Source: Pseudomonadota bacterium | GTDB lineage: Bacteria; Pseudomonadota; Alphaproteobacteria; SHVP01 | DNA length: 64,000 nucleotides | Assembly (NCBI GenBank): GCA_027622715.1 | Contig: JAQBYN010000017.1 | Location: forward strand, 577 to 64,576 | Reading direction: 5' to 3' | Shown: piece after piece, positions 53,235 to 61,892 of the stretch | How the letters are laid out: every line of letters begins with the position of its first letter | Position numbering within the stretch: position 1 is the first letter of the stretch | Notes under the pieces: model-generated | Database searches by the model: none | Told to the model about the DNA's origin: nothing | What the model saw: the letters and a program-made list of their open reading frames with translations, nothing else | Translations under genes and position numbers: made by a program

Positions 53235-54134
53235 CTAGCGGAACACGATGCTGTTGCGCGTCAAGAAGCGCCCCGCGAAGGTGATCGGCACGGCCTCGTT
53301 CTCAAGAATGCTGGTGGCGGAACCGCCGCGCTCGGCATGGATGTGCAAGTGCGGTTGAGTCGACTTACCTGAGTTCCCGACCTGCCCAACCGGGGTGCCG
53401 TCAGCGACCATTTGGTTGACCGAAACCCCGACGCTCCCGGGTTGCAGATGAGCCAGAAGCACCTTAATCCCCCTGCACGCGATGATGACATGATTGCCCG
53501 CTCCCGCCTCTCGATTCACTGCCGGCGGGACAATATTCGGATGCCCGTCCACGGCAACAACGACCGTACCGTCACAGGGACTGTGAACGGGTTCGCCGAA
53601 TATCTCGAACCGGGCCAAACTGGTTGCGTCGCCGTTGCCCGCGGCGCGGCCCGATGCACTCAGCTTTACGATGTCGAGAGCGAAACGTTCCGGTTGAGAC
53701 GCCTGATGGTTGTTGATCCATCGCGAATTGCCGCCACCCCCGACATAGTAGGGCCCGCCCGACAGCGGAAATGAAAGGTCGATCGCGCCAGCCGGCGCGA
53801 AAGACGCGGCAATGATATGGACGTCGAACCCTGCGACGCCGATCAGGAACAAAATTGCGATAGCCCGCCTCGACAATTTCGTCGGGCGCGCCGTTGGTGC
53901 GATCCGGCGGTAGCCTCGAATAGCCGCGATCGCGAGCACGAGCGGAATCGCCACAAGCCAAAAATAGCTTAGGCCGTCCCAACGGCCGGTCGCCAACAAG
54001 AAGAACATCACGCTTGCCGCGGCGCCAGTTCGAAGCGCCCACATCGAGAGATTGCGGGGTCTGGCGGACGCGAGATCGATCGCAAAGGCCAGGGGCACCA
54101 AGAGCTGAACGGCGAGCAGCAACGCGAGGTTCAT
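53235..54134 (-). CDS. Membrane-anchored M23 family metallopeptidase
   Basis: N-terminal TM segments; H....FALD, SPCDG.V, GNHV, AHLQ.GS and VGNSG.ST.PHLH. Confidence 0.88.
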   Translation of the reverse strand: MNLALLLAVQLLVPLAFAIDLASARPRNLSMWALRTGAAASVMFFLLATGRWDGLSYFWLVAIPLVLAIAAIRGYRRIAPTARPTKLSRRAIAILFLIGVAGFDVHIIAASFAPAGAIDLSFPLSGGPYYVGGGGNSRWINNHQASQPERFALDIVKLSASGRAAGNGDATSLARFEIFGEPVHSPCDGTVVVAVDGHPNIVPPAVNREAGAGNHVIIACRGIKVLLAHLQPGSVGVSVNQMVADGTPVGQVGNSGKSTQPHLHIHAERGGSATSILENEAVPITFAGRFLTRNSIVFR

Positions 54135-54373
54135 TTGGACCAGGATTCGTTTCCTCGGAACGCCGCGATTGTACTGTCCCGCAGCGGCGTGCCACAAGAT
54201 GCGGTTTGCCGCCAAGAACGTTGCGGCGCTCGCGTCGAAGATCCGCGCAGACCTTGATCGGGCGGCGCCGGCTCCCTACCCTTCGCCTCGCCTCGGAAGC
54301 GTCGGGACCCGTCTAGCGCGCTTCAATCAAGACAGCTCGTTTTGGTATCCACGCGTCAACAGAAAGGATCGAC

Positions 54374-55216
54374 ATGCCCTACGTCCACCCCGATGCCCTA
54401 GTCGAAACCGATTGGCTTTCCGACAACCTTGCCAACGTGAAAGTGCTCGACGGCTCGTGGTACCTGCCGGCGCAGAACCGTGATCCGGTAGCGGAATACG
54501 CCGCCGGGCACATTCCGGGCGCGCAGTTCTTTGATATCGACGCGATTGCCGATCCCGACACCGACCTGCCCCATATGCTGCCCACCGCCGAGGACTTCGC
54601 AAAGGCGGTCGGCGCCATGGGAATCTCGAACAAAGACCGCGTCGTTGTTTACGACGGCATCGGCCTGCAAAGCGCCGCGCGGGTGTGGTGGGAGTTCCGT
54701 GCATTCGGCCATGCCAACGTCGCGTTGCTCAATGGCGGCTTGCCGAAATGGCAAGCCGAAGACCGGCCGCTCGAAACCACAACGCCAGTGCCCAAGCCCG
54801 CGACGTTTGCGGCGAAACGCGATGCCACCATCTTGCGCACTGCGGACCAACTGCTTGCCAACGTCGAAAGCCGGGCCGAACAGGTGCTGGATGTGCGCCC
54901 CAAAGGTCGCTTCGATGGTACCGATGCAGAGCCGCGTCCGGGCGTTCGCTCGGGCCATATCCCCGGCGCGAAGCATTTGGTCTACACCGACATCTTGAAC
55001 CCTGACCGCACGTTAAAAGACGCCGACGCGTTGCGCGCGGCGTTGACGGGATCGGGGATCGACCTGAACGGTACCGTGGTCACCAGCTGCGGCTCCGGCA
55101 TTACCGCGTCGGTGATGGCGCTCGGCCTGCACCTCATCGGCCACGACAAGTGGGCGGTCTATGACGGGTCGTGGACCGAATGGGGTGGCCGCACGGACAC
55201 GCCGATTGATACCTGA
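54374..55216 (+). CDS. sseA: 3-mercaptopyruvate sulfurtransferase
   Basis: Motifs HIPGA.FFDID, PHMLP, ARVWW, EPRPG.RSGHIPG, active site CGSGIT and YDGSW.EW. Confidence 0.95.
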   Translation: MPYVHPDALVETDWLSDNLANVKVLDGSWYLPAQNRDPVAEYAAGHIPGAQFFDIDAIADPDTDLPHMLPTAEDFAKAVGAMGISNKDRVVVYDGIGLQSAARVWWEFRAFGHANVALLNGGLPKWQAEDRPLETTTPVPKPATFAAKRDATILRTADQLLANVESRAEQVLDVRPKGRFDGTDAEPRPGVRSGHIPGAKHLVYTDILNPDRTLKDADALRAALTGSGIDLNGTVVTSCGSGITASVMALGLHLIGHDKWAVYDGSWTEWGGRTDTPIDT

Positions 55217-55223
55217 TATAGCG

Positions 55224-55415
55224 GTGGTTCTCGAGTCGCGGCTGACCAGCCCCGAATGCGGCCACGCGAAAGTCGAGACCATGCCGACCGACACCTGCCA
55301 ATTCTTTTGCGACTGTGAAGCATGCGGCGCGGTTCTGCGCCCGCTGCCGGGCGACTGCTGCGTCTTTTGTTCCTACGGCTCAGTTGCGGGTCCCTCGAAT
55401 CAGGTCGCGGCATGA
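55224..55415 (+). CDS. GDCCVxC-domain small Cys-rich protein, partly degenerate
   Basis: Motifs ETMPTD.CQFF.DC..CG..LRP.PGDCCVFCSYG. Start uncertain (GTG 55224 or ATA 55218). Confidence 0.75.
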   Translation: MVLESRLTSPECGHAKVETMPTDTCQFFCDCEACGAVLRPLPGDCCVFCSYGSVAGPSNQVAA

Positions 55416-55648
55416 CCGCCATTGACCTCTACGGGCTCGCCGCGGTGAGTGGCATGCTGCTGTTCTACGCCTTTGAGCGCCGTCATGCGGGCTTCGTCAT
55501 CGCCTTCGCCGCCGCCTGCGCCGCGGCCTCGATCTACGGCTTCCTGATCGGCTCCTGGCCGTTCGGCCTGATCGAGGCGATCTGGTCGGTCGTCGCGCTA
55601 GTGCGCTGGCGACGGCGGATACGGACGCCGCAAGAAGTCGCCAACTAG
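55412..55648 (+). CDS. Small membrane protein (about 3 TM)
   Basis: Motifs GL.AV..ML.FYA.E and S.YGFL.G.WPFGL.EAIW..VA..RW. ATGA overlap with the upstream gene. Confidence 0.8.
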   Translation: MTAIDLYGLAAVSGMLLFYAFERRHAGFVIAFAAACAAASIYGFLIGSWPFGLIEAIWSVVALVRWRRRIRTPQEVAN

Positions 55649-55683
55649 CGCCACACCACCCCCAATGCTATGAGTGCCGCATC

Positions 55684-56850
55684 ATGAAAGAAGACACAAA
55701 AATCGTCCGCGCCGGGCGGCATCCCGCGCAACATGGCGGCGCCGTCAACACGCCGGTTTATCATGTCTCTACCGTTCTGGTGGACACGCTGGAGGAACTG
55801 GAAGGACTGCGCCAACGCAAGCCGCCGGTGATGGCCTATGGCCGCCGCGGGACGCCGACCAGTCATGCCTTTGAAGAGGCCGTCGCTGAACTCGAGGGCG
55901 GCGCGGGTTGCGTGAGTTTTCCTTCGGGGCTCGCCGCCATATCCGGGGCGCTTCTTACCTACGCCGAAACCGGTGCGCACTTTCTCATTTCCGACAGCGC
56001 CTACGGACCGACGCGCCGGTTGTGCGACACGTTGCTCAAACGCCTCGGCGTCACCACGGATTATTACGACCCGTTGATCGGCGGCGACATCGCCAACCTG
56101 ATCAAGGACAACACCAAGATCGTGTTCACCGAATCACCTGGCTCGCTAACGTTTGAGGTGCAAGACATCCCGGCGATTGCGGCCGCCGCCCATGAACGCG
56201 GCGCCAAGGTGTTGATGGACAATACCTGGGCCTCGCCGATTTACTTTAAACCGTTCGATCACGGCGTCGATCTGTCGATCCAGGCCGCCACCAAATACAT
56301 CGTCGGACACTCCGACGCGATGTTGGGCACCGTAACGGCCAACGAGGAATGCCTCGAGGCGCTGCAAGAGACGACCTACAGCATGGGCTTTGCCGCCGGG
56401 CCGGACGATCTATACCTCGGCACGCGCGGCATCCGCACGATTGGCGTGCGCCTGCGTCAGCATATGGAGTCCGGCCTTAACGTCGCACGTTGGCTGCAAA
56501 GCCGGCCCGAAGTTGTGCGCGTCATCCACCCCGGGTTGCCCAACGATCCCGGCCACGCGCTGTGGCAGCGCGACTTTACCGGTGCGTCCGGCTTGTTCGC
56601 CTTCGTCATCAAGAGCTGCCCGCGCGCCGCCCTTGAAGCCATGGTCAATCACTTCAAATATTTCGGTATGGGCGCATCGTGGGGCGGCTACGAAAGCCTG
56701 TGCATGCCGACATCGCCGGAAAAGATGCGCACCGTCACGACGTGGGAGCCGGGCGGCCAATGCATGCGCATCCACGTCGGCCTCGAAGATGTCGACGACC
56801 TGATCGAAGATCTGTCGAGCGCGTTCGACCGTCTCAACGCCGCGATGTAG
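55684..56850 (+). CDS. metC: Cystathionine beta-lyase
   Basis: Motifs VNTPVYH.ST, YGRRGTPT, ESPGSLTFEVQD, DNTWA, ATKYIVGHSD and SWGGYESL. Confidence 0.95.
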   Translation: MKEDTKIVRAGRHPAQHGGAVNTPVYHVSTVLVDTLEELEGLRQRKPPVMAYGRRGTPTSHAFEEAVAELEGGAGCVSFPSGLAAISGALLTYAETGAHFLISDSAYGPTRRLCDTLLKRLGVTTDYYDPLIGGDIANLIKDNTKIVFTESPGSLTFEVQDIPAIAAAAHERGAKVLMDNTWASPIYFKPFDHGVDLSIQAATKYIVGHSDAMLGTVTANEECLEALQETTYSMGFAAGPDDLYLGTRGIRTIGVRLRQHMESGLNVARWLQSRPEVVRVIHPGLPNDPGHALWQRDFTGASGLFAFVIKSCPRAALEAMVNHFKYFGMGASWGGYESLCMPTSPEKMRTVTTWEPGGQCMRIHVGLEDVDDLIEDLSSAFDRLNAAM

Positions 56851-56940
56851 CTCGGGCCTCTGCGGAGTCGGGCACCTGACTCGAGGCGGTATCTCGAACA
56901 AATCAATCCGAATCCAAACGATGCTATAGTTCGTCAACAC

Positions 56941-58308
56941 ATGGTTCGGGTTTGGGCGATGGCATACACGCGCGCTACATTTGCCTCATTGGCTGCCGCC
57001 GCGCTGGTCACGACGATGACATACGTCTCGGCCCAGGCCGCCGACCTGGTGATCGACATTCTGCCGCGATCCACCCTTGTTGCCGGCGACGCCTTCGCGG
57101 TTGTTATTCGCGGCGGCACCCCCGGTCAGAGCGTTGAACTCGAATCACGTTCGTCCGATTTCTTCAACGACACCTGGATCGCGCGCAACGCCTATATTTT
57201 TGACTCAAACGGTACGGTCGACCCTGGACGCCAAGCCCCTTTCGTTGGCAGCTACGAGGGAATCGACGGGCTAGGGCCGTTCTGGTCGATGAAGCGTGTC
57301 ACGGAGCGCCCGGTGCCTTGGGGGTTTGGCCGCTCCGCGCAGCAGCTGCCGCAATTCTTTTTCACCCGAGCCGGCGTCAACCGCGTCACATTGCGCGCCA
57401 GCGCGCCCGGCGGTGCCGACGCGCAGGCCGCCATTGAATTCACCACGGTGGGACGGGGCGTTATCCAACGCCAGATCGGTGACCCACAGATCGTTGGGAC
57501 CTTCTTTGAACCCACGGCACCGTCACCCTGGCCGACCGTCGTCGTCCTCGGCGGCAATCGCTTCACCTACCGCGGCGCCCAAACCATTGCTGGACGTCTC
57601 GCTACGCAGGGTTACGCCGCCTTGGCGCTGGCTTACGCCGACGTCGGCGACCTGCCGCCACTTTCGAGCGCCGTCGCCCTGGAATATTTCGACAATGCGA
57701 TGGCATGGGTGCGACGACAGTCGAACGTCATACCGGAAAAAATCGCCCTGCTCGGTGTTGGGCACGACGCCGGCCTCGCGCTGCTGCTCGCCGCGAATGC
57801 GCCAAACGCATTCGCTGCCGTGGTCGCCGCCAATCCCCACTCGGTGGTGTTCCCGCGCCAAACCCAATCCGGCGCCCCGTGGACGCGAAGCGGCGGTCAG
57901 TTGCCGCATGTCCCGTTGGCCCACTGGGATGACGATTTCCGAAGAACCGGTCACTACTACTACGTCTTGGAAAAAAGCCTCGTTCTATTCGAAGACGCCG
58001 TGGCCGCGGCACGCATTCCGGTTGAGCGTATAACCAGCCCCGTCCTGTTGCTCTCTGCTGGCGACGATCTCGCGCAGCCGTCAGACCGCATGGCACGGGA
58101 AATTGCGCAAGCTATGGGAGACGCCGGCCATCGTGACCGCGCACGGCATTTGAAGTTTCTCAACGCCGGGCTCGTCCTCAGCGGTGACGGCATCACGCCA
58201 ACCACCCCCAGCGCGCTGCGCTTCGGCGGGACCCCACAAGGCAACTCAGCCGCGCAATTCAAGGCGTGGCAAGAAGTCCTCACCTTCCTCCGCCAAAGTT
58301 TGCGTTAG
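56941..58308 (+). CDS. Secreted acyl-CoA thioesterase/BAAT-like protein lacking catalytic Ser and His
   Basis: N-domain G.VD....P..GSY.G.DG.G.FWSM; LA.QGYAALALAY, LEYFD.A..W, A.IPVERI..PVLL.S..DD..PS and GGT..GN. Alternative start 56959. Confidence 0.82.
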   Translation: MVRVWAMAYTRATFASLAAAALVTTMTYVSAQAADLVIDILPRSTLVAGDAFAVVIRGGTPGQSVELESRSSDFFNDTWIARNAYIFDSNGTVDPGRQAPFVGSYEGIDGLGPFWSMKRVTERPVPWGFGRSAQQLPQFFFTRAGVNRVTLRASAPGGADAQAAIEFTTVGRGVIQRQIGDPQIVGTFFEPTAPSPWPTVVVLGGNRFTYRGAQTIAGRLATQGYAALALAYADVGDLPPLSSAVALEYFDNAMAWVRRQSNVIPEKIALLGVGHDAGLALLLAANAPNAFAAVVAANPHSVVFPRQTQSGAPWTRSGGQLPHVPLAHWDDDFRRTGHYYYVLEKSLVLFEDAVAAARIPVERITSPVLLLSAGDDLAQPSDRMAREIAQAMGDAGHRDRARHLKFLNAGLVLSGDGITPTTPSALRFGGTPQGNSAAQFKAWQEVLTFLRQSLR

Positions 58309-58415
58309 CGATAGCGCGGGGCCATCTAACAACGAGGCCCGCCAGGGCATTCATTTGTCGGATCGGCGCGCGCCGCGGTATGGTCGCCGCAACACTCAAC
58401 ACGCTGAGAACCGCC

Positions 58416-58820
58416 ATGACTGACACTGCCCTGACCCAACTCCTCGCCGAAACCAAGTTCGACGCGAACGGCCTCGTGCCCGCGATCGCACAGCAGCACG
58501 ATACCCGCGAGGTGTTGATGATGGCGTGGATGAACGCCGACGCGATCCGCGAAACGCTTGAATCGGGTCGCGTTTGTTATTGGTCGCGGTCGCGCCAAGC
58601 GTTGTGGAAAAAGGGCGAGACCTCGGGCCAAATTCAAGACCTGAAGGAACTCCGCATCGACTGCGACGGCGACACCATTCTCGTGCTGGTCGACCAAACC
58701 GGCGTCGCCTGCCACACCGGACGGCGCAATTGTTTCTACCGCGCGGTGCGCGACGGTGCGTTGACGGTCATCGCCGAAGCCGAGGCTGATTCCAAGGCGC
58801 TCTATGGCGAAAAAGGCTGA
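58416..58820 (+). CDS. hisI: Phosphoribosyl-AMP cyclohydrolase
   Basis: Motifs GLVPAIAQ, VLMMAWMN, YWSRSR..LW.KGETSG, DCDGD and ACHTGR..CF. Confidence 0.96.
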   Translation: MTDTALTQLLAETKFDANGLVPAIAQQHDTREVLMMAWMNADAIRETLESGRVCYWSRSRQALWKKGETSGQIQDLKELRIDCDGDTILVLVDQTGVACHTGRRNCFYRAVRDGALTVIAEAEADSKALYGEKG

Positions 58821-58825
58821 CGCGG

Positions 58826-58878
58826 CCCCGACCCCGTTCACGGCCTGAGGCCGGATCTCCCCCTATTCGAGGGGAGGA
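58826..58878. repeat. Two-hairpin palindromic element resembling alphaproteobacterial intergenic repeats, or a terminator
   Basis: CGGCC-TGA-GGCCG followed by CTCCCC-N8-GGGGAG. Single copy in this window. Confidence 0.3.
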
Positions 58879-58937
58879 ATTCGCCCAGCTCTTAAGCGCG
58901 ATGGTGCGAGCCGTCGTCGGTGCGGCGTCGCGCGGTG

Positions 58938-60086
58938 CTACGCGCCCCGCTTGCCGCCATGGGCCAGCAAGTACCCACCGACGTGGTGGGTGTAATTGCC
59001 CGCGCCGTCGTCGGTGCTGACGTGCACCGGGATCATGTCCATGATGACTTCGTTGTGACCGAAGCCGGCGTCCTGCATGACCTGGCGCAAATCAAAATCG
59101 TGCAACGTACCGACGAACGGCTCGGCGTTGTAATGCGTGTCCCAGTCGGTCAAGTATTGGTCGAACGGCTCTTTGTCGGCGAACGGCGGTATTTCAAGGT
59201 GCAGCGCGATGCCACCCGGCCGCAGCAGGCGGCGGCTTTCGGCCATGATGTTGCGCATCGCCTTGGCCGAGGTTTCGTGCAGCGCGATGTGCGAGACAAT
59301 TAGATCGAAGGATTGGTCGGGAAAATCGGTGTGTTCCGCATTCTGCTGCGAAAAATGCACCGTCTTGCCCATCCCTTCGGCGCGCGCATGGGCGTAGCGC
59401 AGCATCGGCGCGCCGACGTCGATCGCGTGAATCTCGGCGTCCGGAAACGCATCGACATAGGGCAGCGTCGAATGGCCCACCGCACAGCCCATGTCGAGAA
59501 TGCGCTTGGGCCCTAGGTCGGCGTAATTTGTCGAGAGATGACCCAGCAAGGTCGACCCGCACGACTCGTTATGCGCGCCCATCCCGCCCATCATGTAGAG
59601 GTAGACGCCGCGGTCATAGAGCGCGCCGGCCGATACGTCGTCTGGCGCCGCGTCGGTCGTGTAATTGCCGGGCATACAATGAATGTCCACCGCCGTGACA
59701 TAGCGGGGCAGCGCCAGGGCCGGGTCCAGGCGCAGCGTGCCCTTGGTCCGACCTTGCGCTTTCGCGCGGCCATTCAGATCATCGACCGTTCTGTCGACCG
59801 TCGCGCCAACCGAATCCCACATCATTTCCTGGGTGGTGCGCATAAAGGCGCTCCAGTATTGATGATAGGGCTCGCGGACCATTGCCTTGCGCACCTCTTG
59901 TCGGTTACGCGGGGCGCGGCCCTGGGCGCGCACGAATGTCTTCAACGCCGCGCCTTCGTAGACCACCTTGTTGCCAGCCGTAACCGTGCCGGTGACATGC
60001 TCGCGCATGCTTTTCATGAAGACCTGCCGCGATTCCTCGTCGTGGGTCGGTTGCGGCAACATGGGATGATGGGCTTGCAACGACAT
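58938..60086 (-). CDS. Class I SAM-dependent methyltransferase (paralog of 36435-37592)
   Basis: Motifs AVDIHCMPG, GALYDRG, RILDMGCAVGH, HFSQQNAE and DWDT..N.EPF. Start ATG 60086. Confidence 0.9.
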   Translation of the reverse strand: MSLQAHHPMLPQPTHDEESRQVFMKSMREHVTGTVTAGNKVVYEGAALKTFVRAQGRAPRNRQEVRKAMVREPYHQYWSAFMRTTQEMMWDSVGATVDRTVDDLNGRAKAQGRTKGTLRLDPALALPRYVTAVDIHCMPGNYTTDAAPDDVSAGALYDRGVYLYMMGGMGAHNESCGSTLLGHLSTNYADLGPKRILDMGCAVGHSTLPYVDAFPDAEIHAIDVGAPMLRYAHARAEGMGKTVHFSQQNAEHTDFPDQSFDLIVSHIALHETSAKAMRNIMAESRRLLRPGGIALHLEIPPFADKEPFDQYLTDWDTHYNAEPFVGTLHDFDLRQVMQDAGFGHNEVIMDMIPVHVSTDDGAGNYTHHVGGYLLAHGGKRGA

Positions 60087-60211
60087 GGCGGGCTCCCTTG
60101 GATGGCCGGTGGCCGCCAGTATGCCAGAAACCGCCACTCCTGGGGCCGCTTCGCTGGCGACCGGCGGAATCGCCCGCTAGACTGCGGCAAAACCAGGGGA
60201 GGATGGGGCAT

Positions 60212-60601
60212 ATGATCCCAAAAGATCACCGCGAATTCTACGAACTCGACATGGGTACAGGCTGGGAAACTCCGGCAGGCTATCCCGAGGGTATCAAGCA
60301 AAAGATCATTTCCGGCAGCCTTGATGAGGAGAACAAGACCGGTAGCCGCACCCGCGTGCTGACCATCGCCGCCGGCACATACACCGTCGAGCCCTTCGTC
60401 CATGACTACTGGGAAGAGGTCTTCTTGTTCAAAGGCGACTTGCGCGTCGGCAACGATGCGCAAGGAAGAGGCGGCGAGAGTTTTGGCCCCTTCACCTACG
60501 CCGTGCGCCCGCCCGGGTCGTGGCATGGACCGGTCGCCAGTGACACCGGTTGCACCGTTCTCGAAATTCACTACTACGATCCGGACGACCGTCCGGCCTG
60601 A
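60212..60601 (+). CDS. Cupin-domain protein (ChrR-like cupin)
   Basis: Motifs LDE..KTG.RTR, PFVHDYWEEV and YA.RPPG.WHGP. RBS GGGGAGG. Confidence 0.85.
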   Translation: MIPKDHREFYELDMGTGWETPAGYPEGIKQKIISGSLDEENKTGSRTRVLTIAAGTYTVEPFVHDYWEEVFLFKGDLRVGNDAQGRGGESFGPFTYAVRPPGSWHGPVASDTGCTVLEIHYYDPDDRPA

Positions 60602-60640
60602 TCCAAAGCAAACCCACCGCCCGCAATAACGGAGAAAAAA

Positions 60641-61030
60641 ATGAACGGACCCGCCGACCGCATGATGACGCCGATGGACGTGCTCTATCGCGCCGACAAA
60701 GACATCGTTGAAGAAGACATCCACGCCGTCGAAGGCGCCGTCGAACAGGGCGAACTCAAGGTCAAGGTTCTGATGGTGACCGAAAACATGCTGGTGCTGA
60801 AGGCCTGGCGCGGTAAGGGCCTGATCGATCCCATCCACCAGCACGATGACCATGAATCGGTGGCCACGTTGCTGTACGGCAAATTAAAAATGCAGATCGG
60901 CGACAAGGAATTCGTCGCCGGTCCGGGCGATGTCTGGCGCCACCCGCCGGGTGTGCCGCATTTCTCCGAGGCGCTTGAGGAATGCGCGCAGATCGAAATC
61001 AAGTCGCCCGCCCGCAAGACCTGGACCTAG
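60641..61030 (+). CDS. Cupin-domain protein
   Basis: Motifs HQHDDHES, GPGDVWRHPPGVPH and IEIKSP. Confidence 0.88.
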   Translation: MNGPADRMMTPMDVLYRADKDIVEEDIHAVEGAVEQGELKVKVLMVTENMLVLKAWRGKGLIDPIHQHDDHESVATLLYGKLKMQIGDKEFVAGPGDVWRHPPGVPHFSEALEECAQIEIKSPARKTWT

Positions 61031-61039
61031 TTAGTATCG

Positions 61040-61071
61040 AAAGGGGCCGCTAAACCCGGTCCCTTTTTTTT
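61040..61071 (+). terminator. Intrinsic terminator
   Basis: AAAGGGGCCG/CGGTCCCTTT stem with a T8 tract. Confidence 0.85.
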
Positions 61072-61077
61072 CGCACC

Positions 61078-61103
61078 GCGTTATATAGGACCGTATATTA
61101 CGC
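61078..61103 (+). promoter_or_regulatory. ModE/Mo-box operator
   Basis: GCGTTATATA-GGACCG-TATATTACGC matches CGnTATATA-N6-TATATAnCG and lies directly before modA. Confidence 0.85.
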
Positions 61104-61106
61104 TCC

Positions 61107-61889
61107 ATGACGATCCTTCGCGCATTCCGTACCGCCATATTCGCGGCCATCGTTGGACTGGTGTCGGCGCCTGCCGGTGCGCAGGAAAACGTCCTTGTCT
61201 TTGCCGCCGCCAGCGTTGCGCCAGCGATCCGCGCAACGGCCCAAGACTTCACGGCTAAGACCGGCGTCACCGTAACGGTATCGGCGGCGGCAACCTCCGC
61301 CTTGGCGCAGCAAATCATCCGCGGCGCGCCAGCCCACATATTTATTTCGGCTCATCCGCGGTGGATGAGCGTTCTAGCTGACCGTGGCGCCATCGATGCC
61401 ACGCGCCAGACCGCGCTGCTCGGCAACGAACTGGTGTTGATCGCGCCCAACGCCCATGCGACGCCGCTCGATCCGGCACCCGGTTTTGCCGTGCGCGGCG
61501 CGCTCGGGCCGGATGGCCGGCTTGCCCTCGGCGATCCCGATCATGTACCGGCCGGCGTTTACGCAAAGCAAGCGCTGTCCGCCCTGGGTGTATGGAGCGA
61601 GGTCACCGACCGTCTGGCGCCGGCGGGCGATGTTATCGCGGCCCTTACATTTGTCGCGCGCGGCGAAGCGCCGTTGGGCATCGTCTACCGAACCGATGCG
61701 GCGATGAGCGATGCGGTCAGCATCGTGGGTGCTTTCCCGGCCAACACACACGACCCCATCCGATACGACGTGGCCCCCGTCACCCGAAACGCCAGCGCGG
61801 CCAGCGGCGCGTTCTTGCTTTATCTCCTCTCCGAGGCCGCGCGCCCGGTGTTCGAGCGATTCGGTTTTGTTTTCTTGCCCCGGACCTGA
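61107..61889 (+). CDS. modA: Molybdate ABC transporter substrate-binding protein
   Basis: Motifs VFAAAS, LAQQI..GAPA.IFISA, LLGN.LVLIAP, DPDHVPAG.YA and GIVY.TDA. Confidence 0.95.
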   Translation: MTILRAFRTAIFAAIVGLVSAPAGAQENVLVFAAASVAPAIRATAQDFTAKTGVTVTVSAAATSALAQQIIRGAPAHIFISAHPRWMSVLADRGAIDATRQTALLGNELVLIAPNAHATPLDPAPGFAVRGALGPDGRLALGDPDHVPAGVYAKQALSALGVWSEVTDRLAPAGDVIAALTFVARGEAPLGIVYRTDAAMSDAVSIVGAFPANTHDPIRYDVAPVTRNASAASGAFLLYLLSEAARPVFERFGFVFLPRT

Positions 61890-61892
61890 CAC

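Noticed and set aside
55224-55415. Selenoprotein with UGA recoding
   Set aside because: There is no internal in-frame TGA. The terminal TGA lies after the domain and overlaps the next ATG.
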